From an uncultured Gammaproteobacteria bacterium (GTDB taxonomy: Bacteria > Patescibacteriota > Microgenomatia > UBA1406 > HO2-37-13b), in NCBI GenBank assembly GCA_964422025.1, contig CAYQYZ010000006.1, forward strand, positions 4,157-68,156: a stretch of DNA of 64,000 nt. The letters are read 5' to 3'. This document shows, one piece after another, positions 8,820 to 17,610 of this stretch (positions are counted from its first letter, which is position 1; the number at the start of each line of letters is the position of its first letter). The notes below the pieces were generated by a model, which did no database searches, was not told where the DNA came from, and saw nothing but the letters and a program-made list of their open reading frames with translations. The translations under genes and the position numbers were made by a program.

Positions 8820-11456
8820 TTACCGAAACCATTTACCGACAGCTTCAAATAGCATATTAAACGAATTATTTTTCTGATTTCCATTAACCTTATTTTTGAT
8901 TGCAGGTGATATTTTTGGAATCGTTCTCACTACTTGTTTTATTTTTTTTATCTCAGCTTTCTTGAACGTAGCCCCTTGTGTTGATCCTGACTTTGCCGTA
9001 TTCACGATTGCAACAATTGCATAATAGCCACCAATCGTATCTACTGCCGACGCAGTATTATTTTTCTGATCAATCACCGAAGACGGTATTATTTTCCATA
9101 CTTTTCCGTCAGGTGAAAAGGCGAGTCGTAATTGAGATTTTAAGAAAAATGATCCTGGTTTACCCGTAATTGCAAGCATAGATTGGTCGAATGCCAATGA
9201 AATGACAGAAGGCTTATTCTGAAGGGAAGGGAGTATGTTTGCATCATTGTAATAATCCTTAAGCCATATCGCATGCGTTGTACCAACAAACCACGCCACA
9301 CCTAATGATGAATCAAATGATCGCTGCGCTATTCCTTGAGTCGTTACTTCTAATCGATTATCAAAATTAACCGCATTTGACGCCACCACTACAAGCGGTG
9401 ATTGGTTACTACTAGACCCATCAGCTGTCCCTGCAACCACACCCCCTTCATTTTTATGCAAACGGGGTTTTTTTGGGCCACTGGCACTTCCCGACCCACC
9501 TCCAATTGTATAAGAATACGTAGCATATCGCGATTGCGGAGTATAAACCGTTAGATCATTGAATGCACGCATATATACTGTATGGGTACCCGCATTCACC
9601 GGAGCATTTGAAATAGTGCAAGTAAAACCTTCTGACTTTGCGTTAAAATCACCGTCAGTCGCTGAGCAATTAGACCACCCTGAACCAGGTGTGTTTGAGT
9701 CGATCTGATATTGAAATCCATTTATGTTTGTCGTAGATCGACTTGCAGAAATAGTTCCTATGATCGAAATATTTGAACCACTTCGCGATGAAGTTGCTTG
9801 AGCAATTGTATGAGGAAAATTATATAAAATGTAATTACTTGATGCATTTTCTCTACCTAGTGGATCTGCCCAAGATGCAGCAATAATCTGATCGTACGTT
9901 CCATCTAAATCTATATCATCTTGAAATGTGAAGGAGCCAAAGTAATCGCCGGCAACAGCACCGTCAATTCGATGAGAATATAGTGATGAATTAGCCATAT
10001 CGAGAATATTACCAGTTCCTGAATAGTTATCTATGATTGAATCATACATAATATACACACTACCCGATTCGCTTCGCGAGTTATACGCTGCTCCCGATGC
10101 AGGAATAACAAAATCAATCTTTCCATTATTGTCATAATCATACATATTGTCTTCCATATAACCGCCCAAATATTCACTTGCAGTCGCGCCATCGATACGC
10201 ATATGCCACTTTGAGGTGTCGGACATATCAACAATATTCCCTGTGCCGGATTTATTCGTAATTAGAGAATCGTACACCACGTATAGCGAGCCCGAATCTG
10301 TTCTTGTATTAAAATCTGTATCAAAGGCACCCATAAGAAAATCATCAGATCCATTCCCATTTATATCAGCAGCAATAACACCTGTGCCAAAATAATCGAA
10401 CTCCGCCGCGCCGTCATAACGAATATTAAAATTTGCCGTATCGGTTAAATCTACGAAATTCCCAGTACCAGTATAATTATCCAAAATACTGTCATACACA
10501 ACTATAATTGAACCTGAATCAGTGCGTCCGTTTTTATCTCCATTAGAAAGTCCAACCATCAAATCAAGTTTTCCATTCTTATCTATATCTTTTGTTACGA
10601 GCGAATTCAAAATTGTAAAATAACTGCCCGTTGCTTCGTATAAAACGACATTAAATGTAGACGTATCAGCTAAGTCAATATTATTACCCGTACCAGTAAT
10701 TGTGCTATGTAGAGAATCATAAATAATATACAACGCACCCGAACGAGATCGACCCTGCAGGCCACAATGTCCACCACCCATAATAAGATCATCAACTCCA
10801 TTATCGTTTAAGTCAATTCCATCTACGGTCGATTGACCCAATTCACAGGGTGACGTTGCTCCATCATAACGGATTGTATAGTTTGTTGTTGTATTTAAAT
10901 CGAGTATATTTCCAGTTCCCGTTATACTTCGAAAGACTGAATCTCTAATTATATAAACCGATCCTGATCTGCTCCGAGTATATTCACCAAAACCTGCAGT
11001 CAAAATAAGATCCAAATTCCCATTTCCATCAAGATCTGATGCACTTGTTCCAAGATACCCAAGATTATCAAATGCACTAGCTCCGTCAAAACGAATATTC
11101 CAATTCGTTGAATCAGCCAGATCAAGTAGTTGGCCCGTTGAAGTAATCGAATCTAAGATGGAATCGTATATTATGTAGCAAGAACCTGAATTAGTTTTTC
11201 CATTATAATCATTCCTATATTCACATACCATCATATCTTTCCTTCCATTTCCATCGATATCCTTTGTCAAATCTTTATAAAAACTACCCAATTTTGACCC
11301 TGCTGATGATCCATCCATGCGTATATTGTAATTCGCGGTGTCTGAAAGGTCGATTGTTGTAGCATGCGCAGTAGAACTTAGAGGCGTAATAAAAAGATCA
11401 ATACATATACATATAGCAATGACTATAACTAAACGGAACATGTATTTAATATGCAT
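8820..11456 (-). CDS. Secreted FG-GAP repeat protein, tandem paralog of 6317..8785
   Basis: Same repeat architecture with ~9 repeats, a signal peptide, and C-terminal SGWSNCSATDGDFNA..GTHTVYMRA and GKVWKIIPSSV modules. Confidence 0.8.
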   Translation of the reverse strand: MHIKYMFRLVIVIAICICIDLFITPLSSTAHATTIDLSDTANYNIRMDGSSAGSKLGSFYKDLTKDIDGNGRKDMMVCEYRNDYNGKTNSGSCYIIYDSILDSITSTGQLLDLADSTNWNIRFDGASAFDNLGYLGTSASDLDGNGNLDLILTAGFGEYTRSRSGSVYIIRDSVFRSITGTGNILDLNTTTNYTIRYDGATSPCELGQSTVDGIDLNDNGVDDLIMGGGHCGLQGRSRSGALYIIYDSLHSTITGTGNNIDLADTSTFNVVLYEATGSYFTILNSLVTKDIDKNGKLDLMVGLSNGDKNGRTDSGSIIVVYDSILDNYTGTGNFVDLTDTANFNIRYDGAAEFDYFGTGVIAADINGNGSDDFLMGAFDTDFNTRTDSGSLYVVYDSLITNKSGTGNIVDMSDTSKWHMRIDGATASEYLGGYMEDNMYDYDNNGKIDFVIPASGAAYNSRSESGSVYIMYDSIIDNYSGTGNILDMANSSLYSHRIDGAVAGDYFGSFTFQDDIDLDGTYDQIIAASWADPLGRENASSNYILYNFPHTIAQATSSRSGSNISIIGTISASRSTTNINGFQYQIDSNTPGSGWSNCSATDGDFNAKSEGFTCTISNAPVNAGTHTVYMRAFNDLTVYTPQSRYATYSYTIGGGSGSASGPKKPRLHKNEGGVVAGTADGSSSNQSPLVVVASNAVNFDNRLEVTTQGIAQRSFDSSLGVAWFVGTTHAIWLKDYYNDANILPSLQNKPSVISLAFDQSMLAITGKPGSFFLKSQLRLAFSPDGKVWKIIPSSVIDQKNNTASAVDTIGGYYAIVAIVNTAKSGSTQGATFKKAEIKKIKQVVRTIPKISPAIKNKVNGNQKNNSFNMLFEAVGKWFR

Positions 11457-11525
11457 ACTTATTCCTTATATTACACTATCAGATATATAGAAAATAGTCG
11501 CAATATTTTTAAAATTGAGGTATTT

Positions 11526-12110
11526 TTACGGCACTTTTGTTGGGGTAGGTGATGGAGTAGTGGTTCCGGTCGTTGGCGTTACTGCACTTGTGGTCGGCTT
11601 GGTAGTCACGCTGGTTTCTGCTGAAGTGGTGGGTTTTGCCGTTGGCGCATTTTTGCGAACACCGATAATGACCACAACATCAACATCTTCGCTACTATCG
11701 AGTTCTGCAGGATCAACGGTATAGTCTGTCTCGAGGAGCTCTGAAAGCTCGTTTGTAACTGAAGAGGGGACTGATGACTTTACTTGAATTTCAGTGGTTT
11801 TATAATCGTAATTATCAGCATTTGCCGTTGAATCAATCACGAAGTCGGCTCCTTCCAAAAGCGTTTTAACTTTGGTTGCTTCCCCAACTACACCACTTCC
11901 ATTAAGAATTTTTACTTTTAAATCTTCTTTATTAACCGTTGGTTCTTCAGTCGGCATTGGTGCTTGCTCAATCGGAGCGGAAGTAGGGGAGATTGTGGCT
12001 GATTGAGTGTTTGAACTACGCATGTAGAAAAATCCTGCCGCACCCGCACCTAAAAGCAAAGCAACTACAATAATAATAATCCATTTCTTTCGTGAGCTTG
12101 ATTCTTCCAT
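11526..12110 (-). CDS. LytR_C domain-containing membrane-anchored protein
   Basis: N-terminal TM helix, then LKVKILNGSGVVGEATKVKTLLEGADFVIDSTANADNYDYKTTEIQV...DVDVVVIIG (LytR C-terminal domain pattern) and a T/P-rich tail. Confidence 0.7.
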   Translation of the reverse strand: MEESSSRKKWIIIIVVALLLGAGAAGFFYMRSSNTQSATISPTSAPIEQAPMPTEEPTVNKEDLKVKILNGSGVVGEATKVKTLLEGADFVIDSTANADNYDYKTTEIQVKSSVPSSVTNELSELLETDYTVDPAELDSSEDVDVVVIIGVRKNAPTAKPTTSAETSVTTKPTTSAVTPTTGTTTPSPTPTKVP

Positions 12111-12280
12111 AGCTACCTATAATAATACTTGTGAATTTAAATTGCAAGGGCTTTCGTAATATTGTAAGGCTTTTTCTACAATAGATATAAAGGCAGTATA
12201 TTCTCTCGGATCAATTCATTAATGTATTTAGGCTGTCCTATTTGACAGTTGCCTAAATTAATGATATACTACCGGCTATT

Positions 12281-12994
12281 ATGTCAAAACAAAAAAGTTT
12301 GGTAACCCTTTCGGTCTTCGTTATGAGTGCATTTTTAATGCTTGCAACTCGTAATTTTGTGCAAGCAGTTAGTAATAATGCTAAAGTCACTATTTGTCAT
12401 GCCACAAGCAGCGTAACTAACCCTTATACCCAAAATGTCGTTTCAGAGAATGCAATTGGAGGACATTTCAATAACCCTGGATCTCCTAAAGCTGGCCATG
12501 AACTTGATTTGTATTTCCAAGGAGAAGTAGATTGTCCAGGCGGAACAAATCCAACATCGACTCCTACTAATGTGCCCACAGCTACTCCAACCACGCCAGT
12601 TCAATGTGATGGAGAATGTTATCCAAATCCAACAGCAACGCCCACAGTAACACCAACTCCTACTCAAGGAAATGTAGACGAAGGTAATATTTATGATCCA
12701 TGCGTGTTAAATCGATGCCCAAGTGCTACGCCAACCGCTACACCTACGGCTACTTTAACTCCAACCAGTACTCCCGCACCAACTAGTTCCCAAGGTGGAA
12801 CCGGAGGAAGTTCAGATGGTGGGTCGAATAATAATTCTTCAAGCTCAAGTTCTTCAAACAACGGAAGTGTTGCTGGTGCCACCACCACGCTCGCTGCAAC
12901 TGGAGTATTTGAAGATATGTTCATGAACATGGTCGGACTTGCTGGAGTTGCCCTTAGTGGACTTTCAGCAGTAATGTATGCCAAAAAGAGCTAA
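12281..12994 (+). CDS. Secreted T/P/S-rich surface protein with a C-terminal LAATG cell-wall sorting signal (sortase substrate)
   Basis: Signal peptide. LAATG (nt 12890-12904) is followed by a 25-aa hydrophobic segment and a KKS tail. Its stop overlaps the sortase start. Confidence 0.75.
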   Translation: MSKQKSLVTLSVFVMSAFLMLATRNFVQAVSNNAKVTICHATSSVTNPYTQNVVSENAIGGHFNNPGSPKAGHELDLYFQGEVDCPGGTNPTSTPTNVPTATPTTPVQCDGECYPNPTATPTVTPTPTQGNVDEGNIYDPCVLNRCPSATPTATPTATLTPTSTPAPTSSQGGTGGSSDGGSNNNSSSSSSSNNGSVAGATTTLAATGVFEDMFMNMVGLAGVALSGLSAVMYAKKS

Positions 12995-13535
12995 AAAGAT
13001 TTCCAAAAGTGCTCGAATTCAATCTCTCCTTATTTTAACTGCAGGAGTCATCTGTTTGACTACCTTCGTAGGATATAAAATTCACCGAGCAAATCGCATG
13101 TCATTCGAACAGGTTCCACCAGTAAATACAAAAGCCAATCTTGCTCATTCTCCTGAAAGTATTGAAATAATTCCTCTGTCAATTAAACTGTCGGTCGAAC
13201 CAGCGCGAGTAGAGGGCAATAGATGGGAAATAAATGAAAAAGGCGCATCATACTTGGTATCATCCGCGCCACTGAAAGACAATGGAAATACTGTTATTTA
13301 TGCGCATAATAAAGCGACCATGTTTGGGTCACTTTCCCAGATAAAAATTGGATATCCAATAACCTTAAAAACTCGAGAAGGAAAAATTCACTCGTATTCA
13401 GTGTATAAAATTGAAACGGTAACGCCCGATAGGGTAGATGTGATTAAGTCAAACGGTGAGGAGGAACTTACACTCTATACCTGCACTGGGTTTGCAGATA
13501 CCAAGCGATTGGTCGTAAAAGCAAAGCCAATTTAA
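12978..13535 (+). CDS. Sortase family transpeptidase
   Basis: N-terminal TM anchor, His in VIYAHN, catalytic TLYTC motif, and a downstream Arg (KRLVVKA). Confidence 0.85.
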   Translation: MPKRAKKISKSARIQSLLILTAGVICLTTFVGYKIHRANRMSFEQVPPVNTKANLAHSPESIEIIPLSIKLSVEPARVEGNRWEINEKGASYLVSSAPLKDNGNTVIYAHNKATMFGSLSQIKIGYPITLKTREGKIHSYSVYKIETVTPDRVDVIKSNGEEELTLYTCTGFADTKRLVVKAKPI

Positions 13536-13545
13536 ATAACTCGGG

Positions 13546-13573
13546 TTGACATCCTCATTCAAAGGCGTATACT
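13546..13573 (+). promoter_or_regulatory. Sigma-70-type promoter (TTGACA-16 nt-TATACT) 8 nt upstream of the ATG at 13582
   Basis: Hexamers read directly at 13546-13551 and 13568-13573. The short distance to the start implies a near-leaderless transcript. Confidence 0.5.
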
Positions 13574-13581
13574 GATCGCAT

Positions 13582-13926
13582 ATGTTCGTCGCTTCGTTCC
13601 TCATTAACCTTATTAACTTAATCATTGGAATTATTGAAGCGTTCATTGGACTTCGTATTATTTTAAAATTAACAGCGGCAAACGCGCAAACTCCTTTCGT
13701 TTCATGGATCTATGAAACGAGCAGGGGACTCATTTGGCCATTTTCAGGCATGTTTCCATCGCCCGTGCTGGAAGGCGGATCAATTCTAGAATTTAATTCT
13801 CTTATAGCGCTCCTCGTATACGCATTCATCGGATATTTACTTATGGAGCTCGTTACGTACATCGATCACTACAGTGCAACAAGTTATCGTACCCGTATTA
13901 CTCGAAAAGAAGTTCGAGAATCCTGA
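13582..13926 (+). CDS. YggT-like small integral membrane protein (tentative)
   Basis: 114 aa with 2-3 TM helices. The GLRIILKL...WPFSGMFP...GGSILEFNSLIALLVY pattern resembles the YggT family. Assignment is from memory only. Confidence 0.45.
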   Translation: MFVASFLINLINLIIGIIEAFIGLRIILKLTAANAQTPFVSWIYETSRGLIWPFSGMFPSPVLEGGSILEFNSLIALLVYAFIGYLLMELVTYIDHYSATSYRTRITRKEVRES

Positions 13927-13928
13927 AG

Positions 13929-14717
13929 CTAGCCTTCATTTCTGGCGAATTGCCCCGATTCTTTGGATTTTTTGAACATGTACTGAAAGAAATACATTGC
14001 AAAAATACACAAGAATACGTCTCCAACGAATGCTGTTGATAAATAAAGCCAGTGAATTTTGTGATACGTTAAACTGAACCGCACTGCTTCAAAAATATAT
14101 GTCGGAGGCAACAGCAGGGATATCTCCTTAAATGGCGTTGGAAGGATATGAGCCGGGTAAAATACTGCAGCAAGTGGTTGAAAAATCGGAATTAGGCCCC
14201 ATGCAAATGCTTGAATTCTAGTGCCAAACCGATAAATGAAAGCAACAATTATTAAACCTAAAGAGAAACCAAAAACTATGAGATTCACAAATATTAATAG
14301 CAAATTAAGAAGTCCCAACGCAAAAATATTAAAATGAAAAAGATATATAGATATAAGCGATGTTGAAACAAAAATAAACAAAGCTTTTAAAATTCCTGAA
14401 ATTAAGTGGCCCGCAACAAGCTCGGTAGTTGTGAGCGGCGAAACATACAAATTGCTCAGATTTCGTGACCATAAATTCCATAATGGCCCCAAACATATGG
14501 TGTATTGAATAATTGAGAGTGTTTGCCATAATAACATACCGGCAAGCACATACTCTCCGGTCGCTTTATTTCCAACACCTGCTAAGTAAACCGATAGAAA
14601 ACCAAATACTGCAACATTCATTAACGGATACACAATCGTGTCAATGATAACCTCTACTGAATGCAGTGTTAAAAACCACTCTTGTAATAGTACGGCTTTA
14701 ACTCTATACCACTTCAT
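13929..14717 (-). CDS. ABC-2 type transporter permease
   Basis: Six hydrophobic segments. The likely start is MKWYRVKAVLLQEW (M20 of ORF 13929..14774). It overlaps the ATPase stop by 14 nt. Confidence 0.7.
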   Translation of the reverse strand: MKWYRVKAVLLQEWFLTLHSVEVIIDTIVYPLMNVAVFGFLSVYLAGVGNKATGEYVLAGMLLWQTLSIIQYTICLGPLWNLWSRNLSNLYVSPLTTTELVAGHLISGILKALFIFVSTSLISIYLFHFNIFALGLLNLLLIFVNLIVFGFSLGLIIVAFIYRFGTRIQAFAWGLIPIFQPLAAVFYPAHILPTPFKEISLLLPPTYIFEAVRFSLTYHKIHWLYLSTAFVGDVFLCIFAMYFFQYMFKKSKESGQFARNEG

Positions 14718-15633
14718 GTTTTTTTCGTGCAATGTGTAAAAATACGTCCTCAAGTGAAGGTTTAATAACGTCAATATTGGTAATCCAAATTTCTGCCTTG
14801 CTTAAACCAAAAATAACTTTCGGAATATGTTTTTCTTCCGTATTGATTAAGACCATATTCTTTTTTTCAAATTCAAAATAATATTCATGTTTCGATAAAT
14901 ATGTTTCAACATCTGCTTTTGGACTATCGAACATAATTCTCACTTGAGCTGTTGGAATCATTTTTGTCAATCCAATAGGGGAGTCATGAGCGACAATATT
15001 ACCTCTATCAAGTATGATAACTTCATCGCATATTCGAGTAATTTCATTCATATTATGACTGGTATATAAAATGGAAATTTCCCGGTCTCTTTTTAGCGAT
15101 TCAATGAGTGTCAGAGTTTTATCGGCAATATCCGGATCAAGCGAAGCCGTCGGCTCATCCATAAGTAATATTTCAGGATCATTCAATAAAGACTTGGCAA
15201 AATTAATACGAGTTTTTTGCCCCGTAGAAAGATCCTGATAGCGCGTATGTGCAATATCTGCTATTTCAAAATAATTCAGTAGTTCATTGATCTTATTTGT
15301 CGGGTCAGCAATGCCATATAACTTTGCATAAACAATCATGTTCTCGCGGGCGGTAATACGTCCGAGTAAGGTATTAAATGCAGAGGTAAAATTTATTCGC
15401 TGTAAAATTGCAGAACGATGTTTTGCAAAATCCTTGCCAAAGTATTCGATTTTACCGGCAGTCGATGATGTTATTCCAAGTAATATCTGGATTGTGGTTG
15501 TTTTCCCCGCTCCATTGGGTCCTAAAAAACCCACAATTTTACCTTTGGGAATTGAGAAGGAGATATCGTTCACTGCGCGAAATGATCCATAGTCTTTTAC
15601 TAAATGTGAAACTTTAAGAACCGGATTATCCAT
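14704..15633 (-). CDS. ABC transporter ATP-binding protein
   Basis: Walker A GPNGAGKTT, signature LSTGQKTR, Walker B LLMDEPT. The likely start is MDNPVLKV (ATG at 15633). The upstream part of the track ORF overlaps the end of the neighbouring gene. Confidence 0.9.
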   Translation of the reverse strand: MDNPVLKVSHLVKDYGSFRAVNDISFSIPKGKIVGFLGPNGAGKTTTIQILLGITSSTAGKIEYFGKDFAKHRSAILQRINFTSAFNTLLGRITARENMIVYAKLYGIADPTNKINELLNYFEIADIAHTRYQDLSTGQKTRINFAKSLLNDPEILLMDEPTASLDPDIADKTLTLIESLKRDREISILYTSHNMNEITRICDEVIILDRGNIVAHDSPIGLTKMIPTAQVRIMFDSPKADVETYLSKHEYYFEFEKKNMVLINTEEKHIPKVIFGLSKAEIWITNIDVIKPSLEDVFLHIARKKHEVV

Positions 15634-15649
15634 AAAGTCATTATAGCAT

Positions 15650-16942
15650 TTATCTATTTGGGGTAGGAATACGATTGGCCGGAGTAGGTGATGGAGTAAG
15701 TGTTGGCGTTGCTGCTTTTTCATCAGGGTCAGGGCTACAAAAGCACGTTGACTTTGTACAATCTGGTCTATCACCACACTTACCATCATTACACATCAAA
15801 CCACCAGAGCAATCCTTGTTAGTTACACATTCTTTTTTACAATCTGCTCCTCGTTTGCAACAAAACCATGTACCATCTCGTAGTTTCTGTGGGTTTGAAA
15901 CAGCAGATCGACACGATTGAATCATGCATGACTCTTTCGTTCGTGCACGAACATCGCCTGAAACACATGAGTTTGAATCTTTATATTGCCCACACAGTTC
16001 GGTACATTTACTAAAGTTGTTTTCTCCAGCTTCACCATACGTATTTAATACTTGGCACCCAGGTGGGGGCACATTAGTTATCATTACCAATGGTGGTGTT
16101 ACAACCGGCGGACATCCAGGCAAAGTGAGTTCATAAAATACTGGCGATGCGGTCGCTCCTGAATTACCACCCTGGCGATTACTTCGGTAGTTAAGATATA
16201 TAGTACACGTACTTTTTGGTACTTTTATATTGTAAATATCAAAAAAATGGGGCTGAATATTAGCACTGCTATTTTTTAGAACACCTTCATTTTCATACGG
16301 AGCTGGTGCCACCTTGCGAACACCTACGGCAGGATATCCTCCAGATTGGTCGGCACTAAATGTGCCAGGATTCTTGAATGGTGGTTCTGGTGGATATAGT
16401 TGTGCATTTCCTTTTGGAAATGTTGTTCCAACAATCTTTTTTCCTTTTGTGTCTGTTGAAGCCCATACAGTCCATAATTCACTTCCCGTACTCAGTGTTT
16501 TTGCAAAAATAATATTTCCGTGAATACTAATAGCCCCCGTATCTTCATCTTCTTCAACGCGTAGAGTGTTTTTTTCCATCATTACATTTGGTAATGATCC
16601 GTAGGGCCATTTAACGATTGCGCCCGGTGGGGTTTCGATTGATGCAGCAGCCGCTTGAGTTTCGGTCGTTTGCGCACTATTTTTCGCTTTATTTGCACCT
16701 AAAATTCCCAAAATGCTTCCCGCTAAAACTACAACAAGCGCGATTCCGAGTAATGCCCATTTTAATGGAAAAGCACTCGGTGCTGCAGGCGCAAATGAAG
16801 CAGGTCCAGTACTTAAAACTGGTTCACTTGGTGGCGTAGGTGGTTGGGGAGCTGGGGGAGGAGAGATAGGAGGAGTAACTGATGGCGGTGTTATAGGAGC
16901 AGTGCTTATTGGAGCAGTATTTTGCCCAGTAGTATCATCCAT
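15650..16942 (-). CDS. Hypothetical membrane-anchored extracytoplasmic protein (Pro-rich N-terminus, Cys-rich C-terminus)
   Basis: Pro-rich segment, one TM helix (WALLGIALVVVLAGSILGILG), and a C-terminal block with about 20 Cys that includes CVTNKDCSGGLMCNDGKCG. Confidence 0.6.
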   Translation of the reverse strand: MDDTTGQNTAPISTAPITPPSVTPPISPPPAPQPPTPPSEPVLSTGPASFAPAAPSAFPLKWALLGIALVVVLAGSILGILGANKAKNSAQTTETQAAAASIETPPGAIVKWPYGSLPNVMMEKNTLRVEEDEDTGAISIHGNIIFAKTLSTGSELWTVWASTDTKGKKIVGTTFPKGNAQLYPPEPPFKNPGTFSADQSGGYPAVGVRKVAPAPYENEGVLKNSSANIQPHFFDIYNIKVPKSTCTIYLNYRSNRQGGNSGATASPVFYELTLPGCPPVVTPPLVMITNVPPPGCQVLNTYGEAGENNFSKCTELCGQYKDSNSCVSGDVRARTKESCMIQSCRSAVSNPQKLRDGTWFCCKRGADCKKECVTNKDCSGGLMCNDGKCGDRPDCTKSTCFCSPDPDEKAATPTLTPSPTPANRIPTPNR

Positions 16943-17024
16943 GACTATTATATTGGACTATTCCAAAACAAATGTCAAGCACTTTATCGCTTGATTTTAC
17001 GTAAATCAGGTATACAATAGTGGT

Positions 17025-17474
17025 ATGCGGCATAGCATATCGATAAAAGAAACACCTCTGGATGAGGCTGTGCTTGCGCGACAAACTTCACAAGAATTCG
17101 GAGAAACCTACAAAAAAGAAGATTTTGAGAAACGGTACAAAGGAAAAGATCCACTTATTATTGCTGCATACATGGACGAAGGGAGTAAGCCGGTTGGGTA
17201 CTTAATTGGATTCGATCGATTCAAAGATGGCTCATTTTATTGCTGGTTATCGGGAGTATGGGGAGAACATCGCAAACGTCGAATTTTCCATGCGCTCATG
17301 ATGCATGCTCAACACTGGGCACGTAAAAAAGGATATAAATCAGTTAAAATTAAAACTCGAAATAAACGGACAAATATTTTGCAGTACCTTATAAAATCAG
17401 AATATCATTTCCTTGAAGTAACCCCCGATCCTAACCCTGCTGAAAGTCGAATCCTCCTTGAAAAGAAAATTTGA
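17025..17474 (+). CDS. GNAT family N-acetyltransferase
   Basis: 149 aa. The core is GYLIGF...WLSGVWGEHRKRRIFHALMMHAQHWARKKGYKSVKIKT, where the acetyl-CoA-binding motif-A position is occupied by R-K-R-R-I-F. Confidence 0.7.
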   Translation: MRHSISIKETPLDEAVLARQTSQEFGETYKKEDFEKRYKGKDPLIIAAYMDEGSKPVGYLIGFDRFKDGSFYCWLSGVWGEHRKRRIFHALMMHAQHWARKKGYKSVKIKTRNKRTNILQYLIKSEYHFLEVTPDPNPAESRILLEKKI

Positions 17475-17494
17475 TCCTATAAAAATTTGCTCAC

Positions 17495-17523
17495 TTGACA
17501 AGTGAACATTCGTTCACTATACT
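17495..17523 (+). promoter_or_regulatory. lexA promoter (TTGACA-17 nt-TATACT) with an embedded SOS/Cheo-type LexA operator GTGAACATTCGTTCAC
   Basis: -35 at 17495-17500, -10 at 17518-17523. A perfect inverted repeat GTGAAC-ATTC-GTTCAC at 17502-17517 matches the GAAC-N4-GTTC core of Gram-positive LexA boxes. Confidence 0.75.
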
Positions 17524-17574
17524 GACTTTGTTCGATAAAAGGGGCACGACGTTTGTCATGAGGGAGGATTCACT

Positions 17575-17603
17575 GTCATTCTGAACGAAGTGAAGAATCT
17601 CAG
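17575..17603 (+). repeat. Short hairpin repeat element, copy in the lexA 5' leader (gtcattctgaacgaagtgaagaatctcag)
   Basis: Near-identical core to 22328-22357. Part of a six-copy family in this window. Confidence 0.7.
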
Positions 17604-17610
17604 TATATAT

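Noticed and set aside
12540-12800. Apparent nucleotide repeats (acNccNacN) in T/P-rich linkers here and at 11530-11620, 39880-40000 and 42270-42360. These were considered as DGR variable/template repeats or tandem repeats.
   Set aside because: They are codon-level low complexity encoding Thr-Pro linkers. No reverse transcriptase is present, and no matched template/variable repeat pair with A-specific differences was seen.
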